Part shown: one piece after another, positions 26,683 through 35,094 of the stretch
How the letters are laid out: the number at the start of each line of letters is the position of its first letter
Numbering within the stretch: the first letter of the stretch is position 1
From: Treponema sp.
GTDB lineage: Bacteria; Spirochaetota; Spirochaetia; Treponematales; Breznakiellaceae
Direction: 5' to 3'
Assembly: GCA_031284195.1 (NCBI GenBank)
Contig: JAITAI010000242.1
Location: forward strand, 1 to 35,094
Length of the DNA stretch: 35,094 nucleotides
Notes under the pieces: generated by a model
The model's database searches: none
What the model saw: the letters and a program-made list of their open reading frames with translations, nothing else
Told to the model about the DNA's origin: nothing
Program-made: the position numbers and the translations under genes

Positions 26683-27708
26683 ATGGTTAAGGTAGGCGTA
26701 GCAGGCTACGGGGTAATCGGTCAGCGCTTGGCTGACGGCGTGGCCTTACAGAAGGACATGGAACTGGTGGGTATTGCAGACCTGGCTCCCACCCTTTCCA
26801 TCCGGGCGCTCAAAGAGCGGGGAATGCCCTATGATCTGTATCTCGTGGAAGGGGCAAATAAAGCCGCATTTGACGCAGCAGGTATTCCGGTGAAGGGCAG
26901 TTTTGCGGACCTTATCGGAAAGGTTGACATCATGCTCGATTCTTCCCCAGGAGGTGTAGGGGCCAAAAACAAGGAACGCTATGAAAAAGCGGGGATTTCA
27001 GCGATCTTCCAGGGAGGTGAAAAGAACTCCGTGGCGGATGTGTTCTTTCATGGGTATGCTAACTACGAAAAAGGCCTGGGGGCCAAGTATTTGAAGCTCA
27101 CCAGTTGTAATACCACAGGGCTTATCCGTTCGGTGGATTGCCTTGACCGGAATTATGGGGTTGACCGGGTGGCCATCACCATCATCCGGCGGGTAGCGGA
27201 TCCTGGGGACTATCACCGGGGATTGACGAACGCCTTGCAGATGGATAAGGCCCCCTCTCATCAGGCACTGGATCTCATGACCATCATGCCCCACGTGGAG
27301 GCTACCGGTATTTTGGTACACACCCCGGTAACCCACGGACATATCATAACCGTGGTAGCCCACGGCAAGCAGGGGAAGATAAGCAAGGATATGGCCCTAT
27401 TAGCCTTTAAGGCCCATGACCGTATCCGGGTGGTGCGTATTGAAGATGGATTTTTAGGGAATGCCTCCTTCTTTCGGTATGCCCGGGACCTGGGAAACCC
27501 CCGGGGGGATATGTATGAAATTGGGCTTTGGGAAGACAGCATCGTGGAAAGCGGAGACCACATCATGTATGCCATCAACATTCCCCAGGAGTCGGTTACC
27601 ATCCCGGAAACCATGGATGCGATTCGGGCCGCCCTGCGTATGCAGCAGGATTCAGCTTCAGGTACAGCGGAAACCAATAAATACCTGGGCTTAGGTAAAT
27701 GGAAATGA
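26683..27708 (+). CDS. type II (archaeal-type) glyceraldehyde-3-phosphate dehydrogenase family protein; physiological substrate uncertain
   Basis: Start at MVKVGVAGYGVIGQRLADGV after RBS AAGGAG (26671-26676). Contains AIFQGGEK, the catalytic-Cys motif SCNTTGL, IIRRVADP and PQESVTIPETMDAIRA. Confidence 0.85.
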   Translation: MVKVGVAGYGVIGQRLADGVALQKDMELVGIADLAPTLSIRALKERGMPYDLYLVEGANKAAFDAAGIPVKGSFADLIGKVDIMLDSSPGGVGAKNKERYEKAGISAIFQGGEKNSVADVFFHGYANYEKGLGAKYLKLTSCNTTGLIRSVDCLDRNYGVDRVAITIIRRVADPGDYHRGLTNALQMDKAPSHQALDLMTIMPHVEATGILVHTPVTHGHIITVVAHGKQGKISKDMALLAFKAHDRIRVVRIEDGFLGNASFFRYARDLGNPRGDMYEIGLWEDSIVESGDHIMYAINIPQESVTIPETMDAIRAALRMQQDSASGTAETNKYLGLGKWK

Positions 27709-28565
27709 GTGTACCAGACCTGCCTGCCCTCAAGGAGATGACCTGTTTTGCCGCGCGGATCCGCTTGGAAACTCTCAAGTGTGTGGGCGCCCGGGGTTTT
27801 GGTCATCTGGGGGGAGCTTTGAGTATTGTGGAGACCCTGGCGGTCTTATACAGTGGGGTTATGCGGATCGATCCCCATAATCCCCAGTGGCCGGATCGGG
27901 ACAAGCTGGTGATGTCCAAAGGACATGCCGGGCCTGCGCTCTATGCAACCTTGGCGCTCAAGGGCTACTTTCCCCTGGACTGGCTTTCGACCTTAAACCA
28001 ACCTGGAACGCGGCTCCCCAGTCACTGCGATAGGAAGCTGACTCCCGGTATTGATATGACCACCGGGTCCCTAGGACAGGGGGTCTCCACTGCCATAGGC
28101 CTTGCCTTGGCCCAGCGCATGGACGGTAAGGACCGCCGGACCTACCTTATTACCGGCGACGGAGAGCTTAACGAGGGACAAACCTGGGAGGGGGCCCTTT
28201 TTGCCCCTCAGCACAAGCTTACGAACCTGACATGGCTTGTGGATTACAACCACAAGCAGCTTGACGGCGAAACGAAAGATATCCTCGACCTGGGGGACCT
28301 GGAGGCAAAATTTGCGGCTTTCGGCTGGGCTACGGCGTCGGTGAACGGGAACGACCTCGCAGCGGTAGTTCGGGCGCTGGAAGCGGCTCGCCAAGAGACT
28401 GTAAAGCCCTTTTGTATAGTGCTTAACACCGTCAAAGGCGCAGGGGTTCCCTTGGTGGCTGCCATAGCCCTCAATCATCATATCGTGTTTGATGGGGACC
28501 TGCGGGCAAAGGCCATAGCTGCTATGGAACAGGAAGTCGCGGCTTTGGAAGGAGCATATACATGA
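27705..28565 (+). CDS. transketolase, N-terminal (PP-domain) subunit of a split transketolase
   Basis: GHLGGALSIVE, SKGHAGPALYA, ThDP motif GDGELNEGQTWE...VDYN. An ATGA overlap with the GAPDH-like stop gives the start at 27705; the alternative ATG at 27699 is also possible. Confidence 0.9.
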   Translation: MSVPDLPALKEMTCFAARIRLETLKCVGARGFGHLGGALSIVETLAVLYSGVMRIDPHNPQWPDRDKLVMSKGHAGPALYATLALKGYFPLDWLSTLNQPGTRLPSHCDRKLTPGIDMTTGSLGQGVSTAIGLALAQRMDGKDRRTYLITGDGELNEGQTWEGALFAPQHKLTNLTWLVDYNHKQLDGETKDILDLGDLEAKFAAFGWATASVNGNDLAAVVRALEAARQETVKPFCIVLNTVKGAGVPLVAAIALNHHIVFDGDLRAKAIAAMEQEVAALEGAYT

Positions 28566-29506
28566 TAGTATACGACGGCAGTATGGATACGGAAGGGTAC
28601 AAAAACGTCTTTGGCCGGGTGATGGAGGACTTATGCAACGAAGATCCGGATGTGGTGTATCTGGATGCGGATCTGATGAATTCCTTTGGCACCCACAGCT
28701 TATGGAAGCGGAATAAGCGTCAGGCTATTAACTGCGGTGTGAGTGAAGCCAATATGATGGGTATTGCCGCAGGACTTTCCGCAGGGGGGAAGAAGCCTTA
28801 TGTCCATACCTTCGGCCCTTTTGCGTCTCGACGCTGTTATGATCAGACCTTTCTCTCAGTAGGGTATGCGGGAAACAGCGTCCGGGTGTTTGGTTCTGAT
28901 CCAGGGGTAACTGCGGCCTTTAACGGCGGTACCCACATGCCTTTTGAAGACATGGCCCTGATGCGGGCAGTACCTCAGAGTACGGTCATCGAAATCAGCG
29001 ATGGCGTCATGCTGGAAAAGCTGATGCGCCTCACCAAGGACAGACCTGGACTTACCTATTTCAGAACGACCCGGAAAGCCTATCCCAAAGTGTACAGCCC
29101 GGATCACCCCTTGAGCATTGGCAAAGGGGAAGTGTTGCGGGAGGGAACAGACCTGACCATTATCGCCTGCGGACTTATGGTGGGGGAAGCCCTGAAAGCC
29201 GCGCAGCTCCTGCAAGAGCAGGGTGTCCGTACCCGGGTAGTGGATATGTTTACGGTTAAGCCCTTGGACGCGGCTCTGGTCATCCGCTGCGCTCGGGAAA
29301 CCGGTCGTATCCTCACCGCTGAGAACCACAACATCATTGGCGGCCTGGGGGATGCAGTGGGGGCAGCCTTGCTGGAAAGCGGGGTCCCGGTGAAGATGCG
29401 TAAACTGGGGGTTAAGGACGAATTCGGCTCCGTAGGTCCCCAAGAGTACCTCATGGAGCACTACGGTCTCAGCGCTGCCCACCTGGTACAGAGTTCATTT
29501 TTTTAA
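28562..29506 (+). CDS. transketolase, C-terminal (Pyr + C-terminal domain) subunit
   Basis: 314 aa. INCGVSEANMMGIAAGLS, HTFGPFASRRCYDQ. ATGA overlap with the upstream subunit. RBS GGAAGGAG. Confidence 0.9.
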   Translation: MIVYDGSMDTEGYKNVFGRVMEDLCNEDPDVVYLDADLMNSFGTHSLWKRNKRQAINCGVSEANMMGIAAGLSAGGKKPYVHTFGPFASRRCYDQTFLSVGYAGNSVRVFGSDPGVTAAFNGGTHMPFEDMALMRAVPQSTVIEISDGVMLEKLMRLTKDRPGLTYFRTTRKAYPKVYSPDHPLSIGKGEVLREGTDLTIIACGLMVGEALKAAQLLQEQGVRTRVVDMFTVKPLDAALVIRCARETGRILTAENHNIIGGLGDAVGAALLESGVPVKMRKLGVKDEFGSVGPQEYLMEHYGLSAAHLVQSSFF

Positions 29507-29516
29507 AGTTTTTCTT

Positions 29517-29554
29517 CATACTTCGAGCACTCCCAATACCGTGTTCGAAGTATG
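29517..29554 (+). terminator. hairpin downstream of the operon (possible terminator)
   Basis: CATACTTCGAGCAC at 29517-29530 pairs with GTGTTCGAAGTATG at 29541-29554 (14 bp including one G-U), with a 10-nt loop. It is not directly followed by a U-run; CGCTTTTT lies 17 nt downstream. Confidence 0.45.
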
Positions 29555-29689
29555 TGCGTACAGGGTCGCGCTTTTTCTACCCGCTGTAGACTGTTCCAGG
29601 GGAAAGAATTCTGCCGAAGGAAGGCGGTCTTTACGGTATTCTGGTGTTTATGGTATAATAGGCTTCAGAAAAAAGAAAAAGAGCGAAAA

Positions 29690-30994
29690 ATGAAAATCGT
29701 AATGTTTACTGACGCTTACTGGCCCCGGGTGAACGGAGTAACGGTTTCAGTGGAATCCTTTTCTCGTGCCCTGATACGACTGGGGAACGAGGTGATGATT
29801 ATCTGTCCTTTTTATCCAGAATCATCGGTGGTAGGTCGTATATCCGCTGATCGGACTGGGCTTCTTCGTGATAAACAGGATCCCCAGGTTATTCGAGTGC
29901 CCTCGATGCCCTTTATCATCTCTAAAGAAGACCGGATAGCGAAATTTCATAAATGGTTTTGGGTTTCCAAACAGATTGAACAGTTTAAGCCGGATATCAT
30001 TCATATTAACACGGAATTCGTGATTGCCGAATTTGGGTTTCAATATGCGTGGCTGTATTCCCTGCCAACGGTGTATACGTATCATACCCTCTGGGAAGAT
30101 TATGTGGAGAATTATATCCCCTTGGTTCCTACGTTTTTATTACGGCGCATTGTGCGCAGGATCAGTAAAAGTACATTAAAGCGGTCCCAGACGGTCATTG
30201 TTCCCACTTTACAAATTCAAGAGGTGATTAAGAAATACCGGATAAAAAAGAACAGCTACTTGCTGCCCACAGGCATCGAATCCCAATTATTTAACCGTGA
30301 TACCAGGGAAGTCGCCTCCTTTAGGGAACTGCTCGTCCAAAAGTACCCTCAACTTGCTCATAAGCGCATTCTCTTATTTGCCGGTCGTATTGCCAAAGAA
30401 AAAAACATAGATTTCTTGCTGGCCATTGCGCCGATGATTATCGCCAAACATCCGGAGGTGGTCTTTTTATTGGTCGGTAATGGACCGGATCTATATTACT
30501 ATCAAGAGGAATGTGAACGGTTGGGGATTGAAGCTCATTGTATTTTCACCGGTTATTTGGACCGGGAAGATTTAGCCTTGACCTACAAGGTGTCTGATAT
30601 ATTTGTATTTCCATCACTGACCGAAACCCAGGGCCTAGTAACTATCGAAGCTATGTTTTCCGGTATTCCGGTTGTGGCGATTGGGGCTATGGGTACCCTC
30701 ATGGTGATGAACGGCGATAATGGCGGTTTTATGGTCAAAAACGACCCCCAAGAATTTATGCAGCGGGTCTTTGATTTGCTAGAAGACCAGGCCTTATATG
30801 AGCGCAAGGCAGCGCAAGCAAAAAGCCACGCCCAGGAGTGGAGTATTGATACCTTGGCGGTAAAACTGCAAACCATTTACCAGGATACCCTGACTAGCTT
30901 CCAACAGGATCCTCGAGCAAGGCGTTCTATTAAGGTGAGTGCATATCTCAAAAAGTTAAAAAAGCAGCGAGAAACCGCTGATAATTCCGATTAA
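29690..30994 (+). CDS. GT4-family (GT-B) glycosyltransferase, possibly a diacylglycerol glycolipid synthase
   Basis: Start taken at MKIVMFTDAYWPRVNGVTVSVESF. C-terminal FVFPSLTETQGLVTIEAMFSGIPVV is the EX7E-type GT4 motif. The upstream 46 codons of the ORF-track model look non-coding. Confidence 0.8.
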   Translation: MKIVMFTDAYWPRVNGVTVSVESFSRALIRLGNEVMIICPFYPESSVVGRISADRTGLLRDKQDPQVIRVPSMPFIISKEDRIAKFHKWFWVSKQIEQFKPDIIHINTEFVIAEFGFQYAWLYSLPTVYTYHTLWEDYVENYIPLVPTFLLRRIVRRISKSTLKRSQTVIVPTLQIQEVIKKYRIKKNSYLLPTGIESQLFNRDTREVASFRELLVQKYPQLAHKRILLFAGRIAKEKNIDFLLAIAPMIIAKHPEVVFLLVGNGPDLYYYQEECERLGIEAHCIFTGYLDREDLALTYKVSDIFVFPSLTETQGLVTIEAMFSGIPVVAIGAMGTLMVMNGDNGGFMVKNDPQEFMQRVFDLLEDQALYERKAAQAKSHAQEWSIDTLAVKLQTIYQDTLTSFQQDPRARRSIKVSAYLKKLKKQRETADNSD

Positions 30995-31145
30995 TCCCCA
31001 GTCCTTATGGCTTGACCGAAACAGGAGCAATGGTCGTAGATCCGGTCGGTTTTGCCTTTCTTTTACTGGGAATATTCCCCTAAAGTCTGTATCTTTTCCT
31101 AAGGAGAAAACCCTTTAAAACTACCGAATCCACTTTATCTGATGC

Positions 31146-31263
31146 ACTCATAGTATAGGGCTGTTCCCCGGCAGCCTGATTGTTGGTATCCCGACTACCC
31201 GCACCGCCTCATGCCACGTATCGGTGCGGGTATGAGTTTGGCGGTCTCCCTTGTCTATGGGAG
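31146..31263 (+). ncRNA. candidate structured RNA or nested-helix element (class unknown)
   Basis: Perfect 10-bp stem: ACCCGCACCG at 31197-31206 pairs with CGGTGCGGGT at 31222-31231. Outer pair ACTCAT at 31146-31151 with ATGAGT at 31232-31237. Side hairpins GGCTG/CAGCC (31159-31176) and CTCCC/GGGAG (31246-31263). No ORF on either strand. Strand not determined. Confidence 0.2.
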
Positions 31264-31610
31264 CGGTATAAGAACCGGCTCTATAGTTTTTCTTCAGCTT
31301 CCCCGGTAATAACAAAGCAGGATTCTTCGTAAAATAATGTAATACCTCAGGTTACACAAAAACACGATTGTCTCTATGTTAAAGGTAGACAGTAATTCTA
31401 TCCAGTTGCAAAAATAGGTTAGTTTTACTAAATCAAATTTTAGATATATATAGAATGATTGCTTTGCGCTTTATCCTATGTGCAGATGAACTCCCTATGG
31501 ATCTATTTTGTTTTATACTTTCATGATATACGTGACCTGAAAGTTCGATAACAACCCATCGGTACTCGTTTTTTCAAAATAGATAATCTACCAGAGTACC
31601 TCGCTTGATG

Positions 31611-32120
31611 TTATGCGTTAAATTTAGAACATGCATGGAGAGGAAACCCGTGTTCTGAAAGAATGGTATCTCTACTATGGTCAGTGGTACTCAACTGGGT
31701 TTTAAGATCGGTAATGATACGGTCCAGGTATTCCCCAAAGACTTTTTGTTCTTCCTCTTTGAGGCATGCAAAAATATCATGGAGTTGAGAATGCCGGCCA
31801 TCCATTTCTTCAGCCGCAGCTATACCTTTATCGGTAATGCGGATTATCGCGGTCCGATGGTCTTCTTCCGAGGGCGTTTTCGTGATAAATCCGTTTTTCT
31901 CCAGTTTGGCGATAATTTCGCTTAAAGATTGATTACGAATGTCTAAAAGATAGCCCAGGTCTTTTTGGCTGATTTCATTTTTGAGTTTCAAAATCCCCAA
32001 AATCCGCCCTTGGCCGCGCATGGGGTTTCCAAAAGTTCCAAAATGCTGCTGCCGGTATCGGAAGAGTATCATTTCCAAAAGCCGAAACTTTTCATGTAAA
32101 AGCATGTCCTTCTTATCCAT
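31611..32120 (-). CDS. MarR-family transcriptional regulator
   Basis: Start taken at MDKKDMLLHEKF (ATG at 32120). Winged-helix core ISQKDLGYLLDIRNQSLSEIIAKLEKNGFITKTPSEEDHRTAIIRITDKG. Confidence 0.85.
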   Translation of the reverse strand: MDKKDMLLHEKFRLLEMILFRYRQQHFGTFGNPMRGQGRILGILKLKNEISQKDLGYLLDIRNQSLSEIIAKLEKNGFITKTPSEEDHRTAIIRITDKGIAAAEEMDGRHSQLHDIFACLKEEEQKVFGEYLDRIITDLKTQLSTTDHSRDTILSEHGFPLHACSKFNA

Positions 32121-32167
32121 AATTCTTATCCTAATAGCAAGAAACGTTATGTTTGTACAAGCAAAAA

Positions 32168-32195
32168 TCAAGGTACCTTGACTAATACAGGTACC
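32168..32195. promoter_or_regulatory. candidate MarR operator
   Basis: Perfect 14-bp palindrome TCAAGGTACCTTGA at 32168-32181, about 50 nt upstream of the marR start. A further CAGGTACC half-site lies at 32188-32195. Confidence 0.4.
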
Positions 32196-32901
32196 ATTCG
32201 ACAAGCGTTTTTGTCAAGATAGGTGAGGTAAACAATTTTTTCCCTATTTGGATTTGGGAAGGCTTGGTACGGCGATTTCGGCTGCCAATCCAGCGGACAG
32301 GACACCCTATTTTGCCGGTAAACTATTTTCTTCCTATGCTAGCAAGGGCTTAAAAGGTGGGATACTGGACTAGGACAAGTTCTGATAAAGAAACTTTTAT
32401 GGTACATAATTGCGATTGGTTCCCTGGAGGGCGGTTATCATGGTGCAATGTAAGGCGGCTTTTGATAGGCTGCCGTGATTTCATTGAACCTTAAATCTAG
32501 GAACAGGACCTACCAGGTCTTCTCGATCTTAAGTGAAAGCCACTTGAAAAAGCCAATGACGGTATAGTGGTCATATTCTCCTTCGCGGTGTTTTGATCGA
32601 CGCTTTTCTGCTCCCCTCAAGATAACCGCATAGAAAGGTTTGAGATAGTGAAGGGGACGGGTCCTCATTTTTTTAGAAGAGGGGTAAAATTCCGCAAACA
32701 ATGGGGCTTATTCCCCGGAGCAGCATGACCGGTTGCTGATCGGACAGACACGTCCTTGATCAGAGGGCCTTTTGGCCCCTCAATCTCCTGGAAGTTTTCT
32801 ATGCGTTTACTCTACCCGCTCCTTTACGTAATGTTGCGCGCTCCCTGTAAGGCCCTTGGCCTTGTGTTGACCCTAGCGAGTCAGCTATGTACAATAGAAA
32901 C

Positions 32902-34011
32902 ATGGCTCTTAACTGCGGCATAGTAGGGCTTCCCAATGTGGGAAAGTCCACGATTTTTTCAGCCCTCAGTTCCGCTCCAGCAGAGGCGGCAAATTATCCC
33001 TTCTGTACGATCCAACCCAATGTGGGTATCGTCAACCTGGAGGATGAACGGCTTACCAAGTTAGCGGAAATCTTTAAACCCCAGCGTACCATTCCTGCAA
33101 CCGTGGAATTTGTGGATATCGCGGGCCTGGTCAAGGGCGCTTCAAAAGGGGAAGGTCTGGGTAATCAGTTCCTTGCCCATATTCGGGAGGTAGGGGTTAT
33201 TGCTCAGGTAGTACGTTGTTTCGAAGATCCCGATATCGTCCATGTGGATAACCGGATCGATCCTCAGTCGGACATGGAAACTATTGCCATTGAATTGGCC
33301 CTAGCTGATCTGGATACCTTGGCAAAGCGCCGGGAGCGGGCGGAACGGAGCCTCAAGGTACAAGCTAAGGCGGAACAAAAAGCAGCGGAAACGGTCCTAG
33401 CCGCGCTGGACAAAATCAGTGCAGCTTTGGAAGCAGGCAGCCCAGTCCGGCAGGTTCCTTTAAGGGAGGATGAAAAAGCCGCGGTTTATGATTGTCATTT
33501 TATTACGATGAAACCCCAGCTCTACGTGTGCAATGTGGACGAGGCAGGGATACGGCAGGGCAGCCCCTTGGTTGCAGCGGTACAGCAGCGAGCCCAAGCT
33601 GAGGGTTCCGAAGGGGTGATTATCTGTGGTAAATTTGAAGCGGAACTGGCAAGTATTGAAAACAAGGAAGAAAAACAGGCCTTTTTGCGGGATTTAGGCT
33701 TATCCGAATCAGGGTTGAGCGCTTTGGTCCGAGCAGCCTACCGGCTCCTCGGACTCTCGACCTTTTTCACTGCCGGAGCAGACGAATGTCGGGCCTGGAC
33801 CATCTATACTGGGGATCGGGCCCCCAAAGCAGCCGGGACTATCCATACGGATTTTGAGAAGGGTTTCATCAAGGCTGAGGTTTATGCTTATGAAGATCTG
33901 CTCCGTTACGGAACCGAGGCAAAAATTAAGGAAGCCGGTAAGTACCGTATCGAAGGGAAGGACTATATCGTCCGCGACGGGGATGTGATGTTCTTTAGGT
34001 TTAATGGGTAG
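32902..34011 (+). CDS. ychF: redox-regulated ribosome-binding ATPase YchF
   Basis: [22 protein letters not shown] (G1), [10 protein letters not shown] (G3), a C-terminal TGS-like domain and the GDVMFFRFN ending. Start moved to the second ATG. Confidence 0.93.
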   Translation: MALNCGIVGLPNVGKSTIFSALSSAPAEAANYPFCTIQPNVGIVNLEDERLTKLAEIFKPQRTIPATVEFVDIAGLVKGASKGEGLGNQFLAHIREVGVIAQVVRCFEDPDIVHVDNRIDPQSDMETIAIELALADLDTLAKRRERAERSLKVQAKAEQKAAETVLAALDKISAALEAGSPVRQVPLREDEKAAVYDCHFITMKPQLYVCNVDEAGIRQGSPLVAAVQQRAQAEGSEGVIICGKFEAELASIENKEEKQAFLRDLGLSESGLSALVRAAYRLLGLSTFFTAGADECRAWTIYTGDRAPKAAGTIHTDFEKGFIKAEVYAYEDLLRYGTEAKIKEAGKYRIEGKDYIVRDGDVMFFRFNG

Positions 34012-34387
34012 GTTCAGTAGTATGGGTGATAAGATGATTACGATGATAACTCCCCTTATCTTTGTATCCGTATGTTTGTTTATACTGATTGTCTATTTTG
34101 CCCTTTCCAAACGATCAAGCCTCCTGGTCAAGCGAGCCGCGGTCATCGCCCTTATCCTTGTCGGGATTGCGGTGGTGGTGAGTTTATATCTCATATTCAG
34201 TGAACCCGCTGTTACGCTGACGCCTAGGCCTCCCACTGAAATTCCGCCTGAGAAACCGGTACCGGTTAAGGTAGTTAAGTCTATCCCGATATTAGTAGTA
34301 GCCATACTGTTTCTGTTGTTCATCGCCTTGACGGTGTATATCTCGCTTCGGGATCAGCGTCGGGACCAAGATAGGAAACGGGAGTAG
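34004..34387 (+). CDS. small hypothetical membrane protein (3 predicted TM segments, Pro-rich linker)
   Basis: ORF overlaps the ychF stop. Alternative starts at 34022, 34034 and 34043. Hydrophobic segments ITPLIFVSVCLFILIVYFAL, AAVIALILVGIAVVVSLYLIF and IPILVVAILFLLFIALTVYI. No family recognised. Confidence 0.5.
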   Translation: MGRFSSMGDKMITMITPLIFVSVCLFILIVYFALSKRSSLLVKRAAVIALILVGIAVVVSLYLIFSEPAVTLTPRPPTEIPPEKPVPVKVVKSIPILVVAILFLLFIALTVYISLRDQRRDQDRKRE

Positions 34388-34560
34388 GGACAAGCACTAA
34401 AGCGGAGAAAGATCTGCGGATTTCCCCCTCAAAACACCCAAAATAGATATAGCATCAATACGTGCCATTTCAGTTATCCCATTTCGAGTCTATACAAGAC
34501 AAAATCTCGTATTTTTTTTAAGTTCCCTGCACGGGATCATCCCCCGGGACCTAACACCGA

Positions 34561-35094
34561 TTACTTGTACAGATGTACATACAAGCTGATGCCCTGTTCT
34601 TCGACGTTCCACTTGGAAAACCGAGAGGGGGCAAGCAATTTTTCAAAACCCTCTTTCGTATACGCGCCGTTCCGTAGAAAAGTCCCAAAGGCGAAGACCA
34701 TAAACCACCGTTCAAAGCCGTGGACCTGCATCTTGTCTACCTCTGCCTTGCGTATGGCGGAAGTGGTGTTTTTGTTCATGTCGATAATCAGTCCTTGGCC
34801 GCCTGGTTTGAGAACCCGGTACATTTCCTCTAATGCCCTTAAGGGATCGTGGAAATTCTTAAACGCGGCGCTGCAAAACAGAACATCAAAGCTTTCTCCG
34901 TTAAAGGGCATAGCCGAAACATTGCCCTGGATAAAATCAACCGCGACCTTCTCCTGGTTAGCGTTGTTTTTACAGATTTCCACAAAATCCGCGCTGATAT
35001 CCATACCGGTCAGGTGATAATTACCGAGCTTGGCCAGTTCGATCAAGACATAGCCTGGACCAGGGGCAACTTCTAAGATTTGGGGTTTACCGCC
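34561..35094 (-). CDS. class I SAM-dependent methyltransferase (5' end outside the window)
   Basis: The reading frame stays open to the window edge. Its reverse complement starts GGKPQILEVAPGPGYVLIELAK (motif I), followed by DFIQGNVSAMPF...FDVLFCSAAF and VLKPGGQGLIID. Confidence 0.85.
   Translation of the reverse strand, partial: GGKPQILEVAPGPGYVLIELAKLGNYHLTGMDISADFVEICKNNANQEKVAVDFIQGNVSAMPFNGESFDVLFCSAAFKNFHDPLRALEEMYRVLKPGGQGLIIDMNKNTTSAIRKAEVDKMQVHGFERWFMVFAFGTFLRNGAYTKEGFEKLLAPSRFSKWNVEEQGISLYVHLYK

Noticed and set aside
29552-29689. N-terminal 46 codons of the ORF-track glycosyltransferase model
   Set aside because: The segment is Cys/Arg/Trp-rich and overlaps the terminator-like hairpin. 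GT4 enzymes of this type start with MKI..F.D...P..NGV, which begins at 29690.
32510-32701. 63-aa basic ORF on the minus strand
   Set aside because: It has a TTG start (or an internal ATG) with no Shine-Dalgarno sequence and no recognisable family. It lies in an otherwise non-coding stretch and is not reported as a gene.
1-35094. Mobile elements, prophage, toxin-antitoxin or defence islands
   Set aside because: No transposase, integrase, recombinase, nuclease/helicase or phage structural signatures appear in any of the listed ORFs. No terminal inverted repeats flank a gene block. The window reads as metabolic and regulatory chromosome.

Overview
Bacterial chromosomal segment of about 35 kb. 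By eye it is about 50-55% GC, dropping to the low 40s around 29.5-32.9 kb. I saw no rRNA, tRNA, CRISPR array, transposase, integrase or recognisable defence genes. Gene order: possible tail of an upstream gene; a sugar-type ABC solute-binding protein; argD and argB on the minus strand, separated by a 54-bp tandem repeat; a 1.1-kb non-coding gap holding a strict 21-bp x 20 tandem array; a stand-alone FIST sensor protein plus a soluble hybrid histidine kinase; an aldo/keto reductase with an Fe-S domain; a GlpA-like FAD oxidoreductase pair; an orphan MotA/TolQ/ExbB protein. A large myo-inositol utilisation locus follows. Its minus-strand arm encodes a LacI regulator, a Gfo/Idh/MocA dehydrogenase and an ABC permease, ATPase and binding lipoprotein. 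The diverging plus-strand operon is iolG-iolB-iolD-iolE, then an archaeal-type phosphoglycerate-kinase homolog, an archaeal-type (type II) GAPDH homolog and a split transketolase. After that come a GT4 glycosyltransferase, a MarR regulator inside long non-coding flanks, ychF, a small membrane protein and a partial SAM methyltransferase. The most interesting observation is that this operon has no iolC, iolJ or iolA in the window. In their place sit translationally coupled transketolase, GAPDH-like and PGK-like genes. This suggests (inference only) a kinase- and aldolase-independent, ATP-yielding lower branch of inositol catabolism. The second notable signal is the indel-free 21-bp array at 4374-4814.
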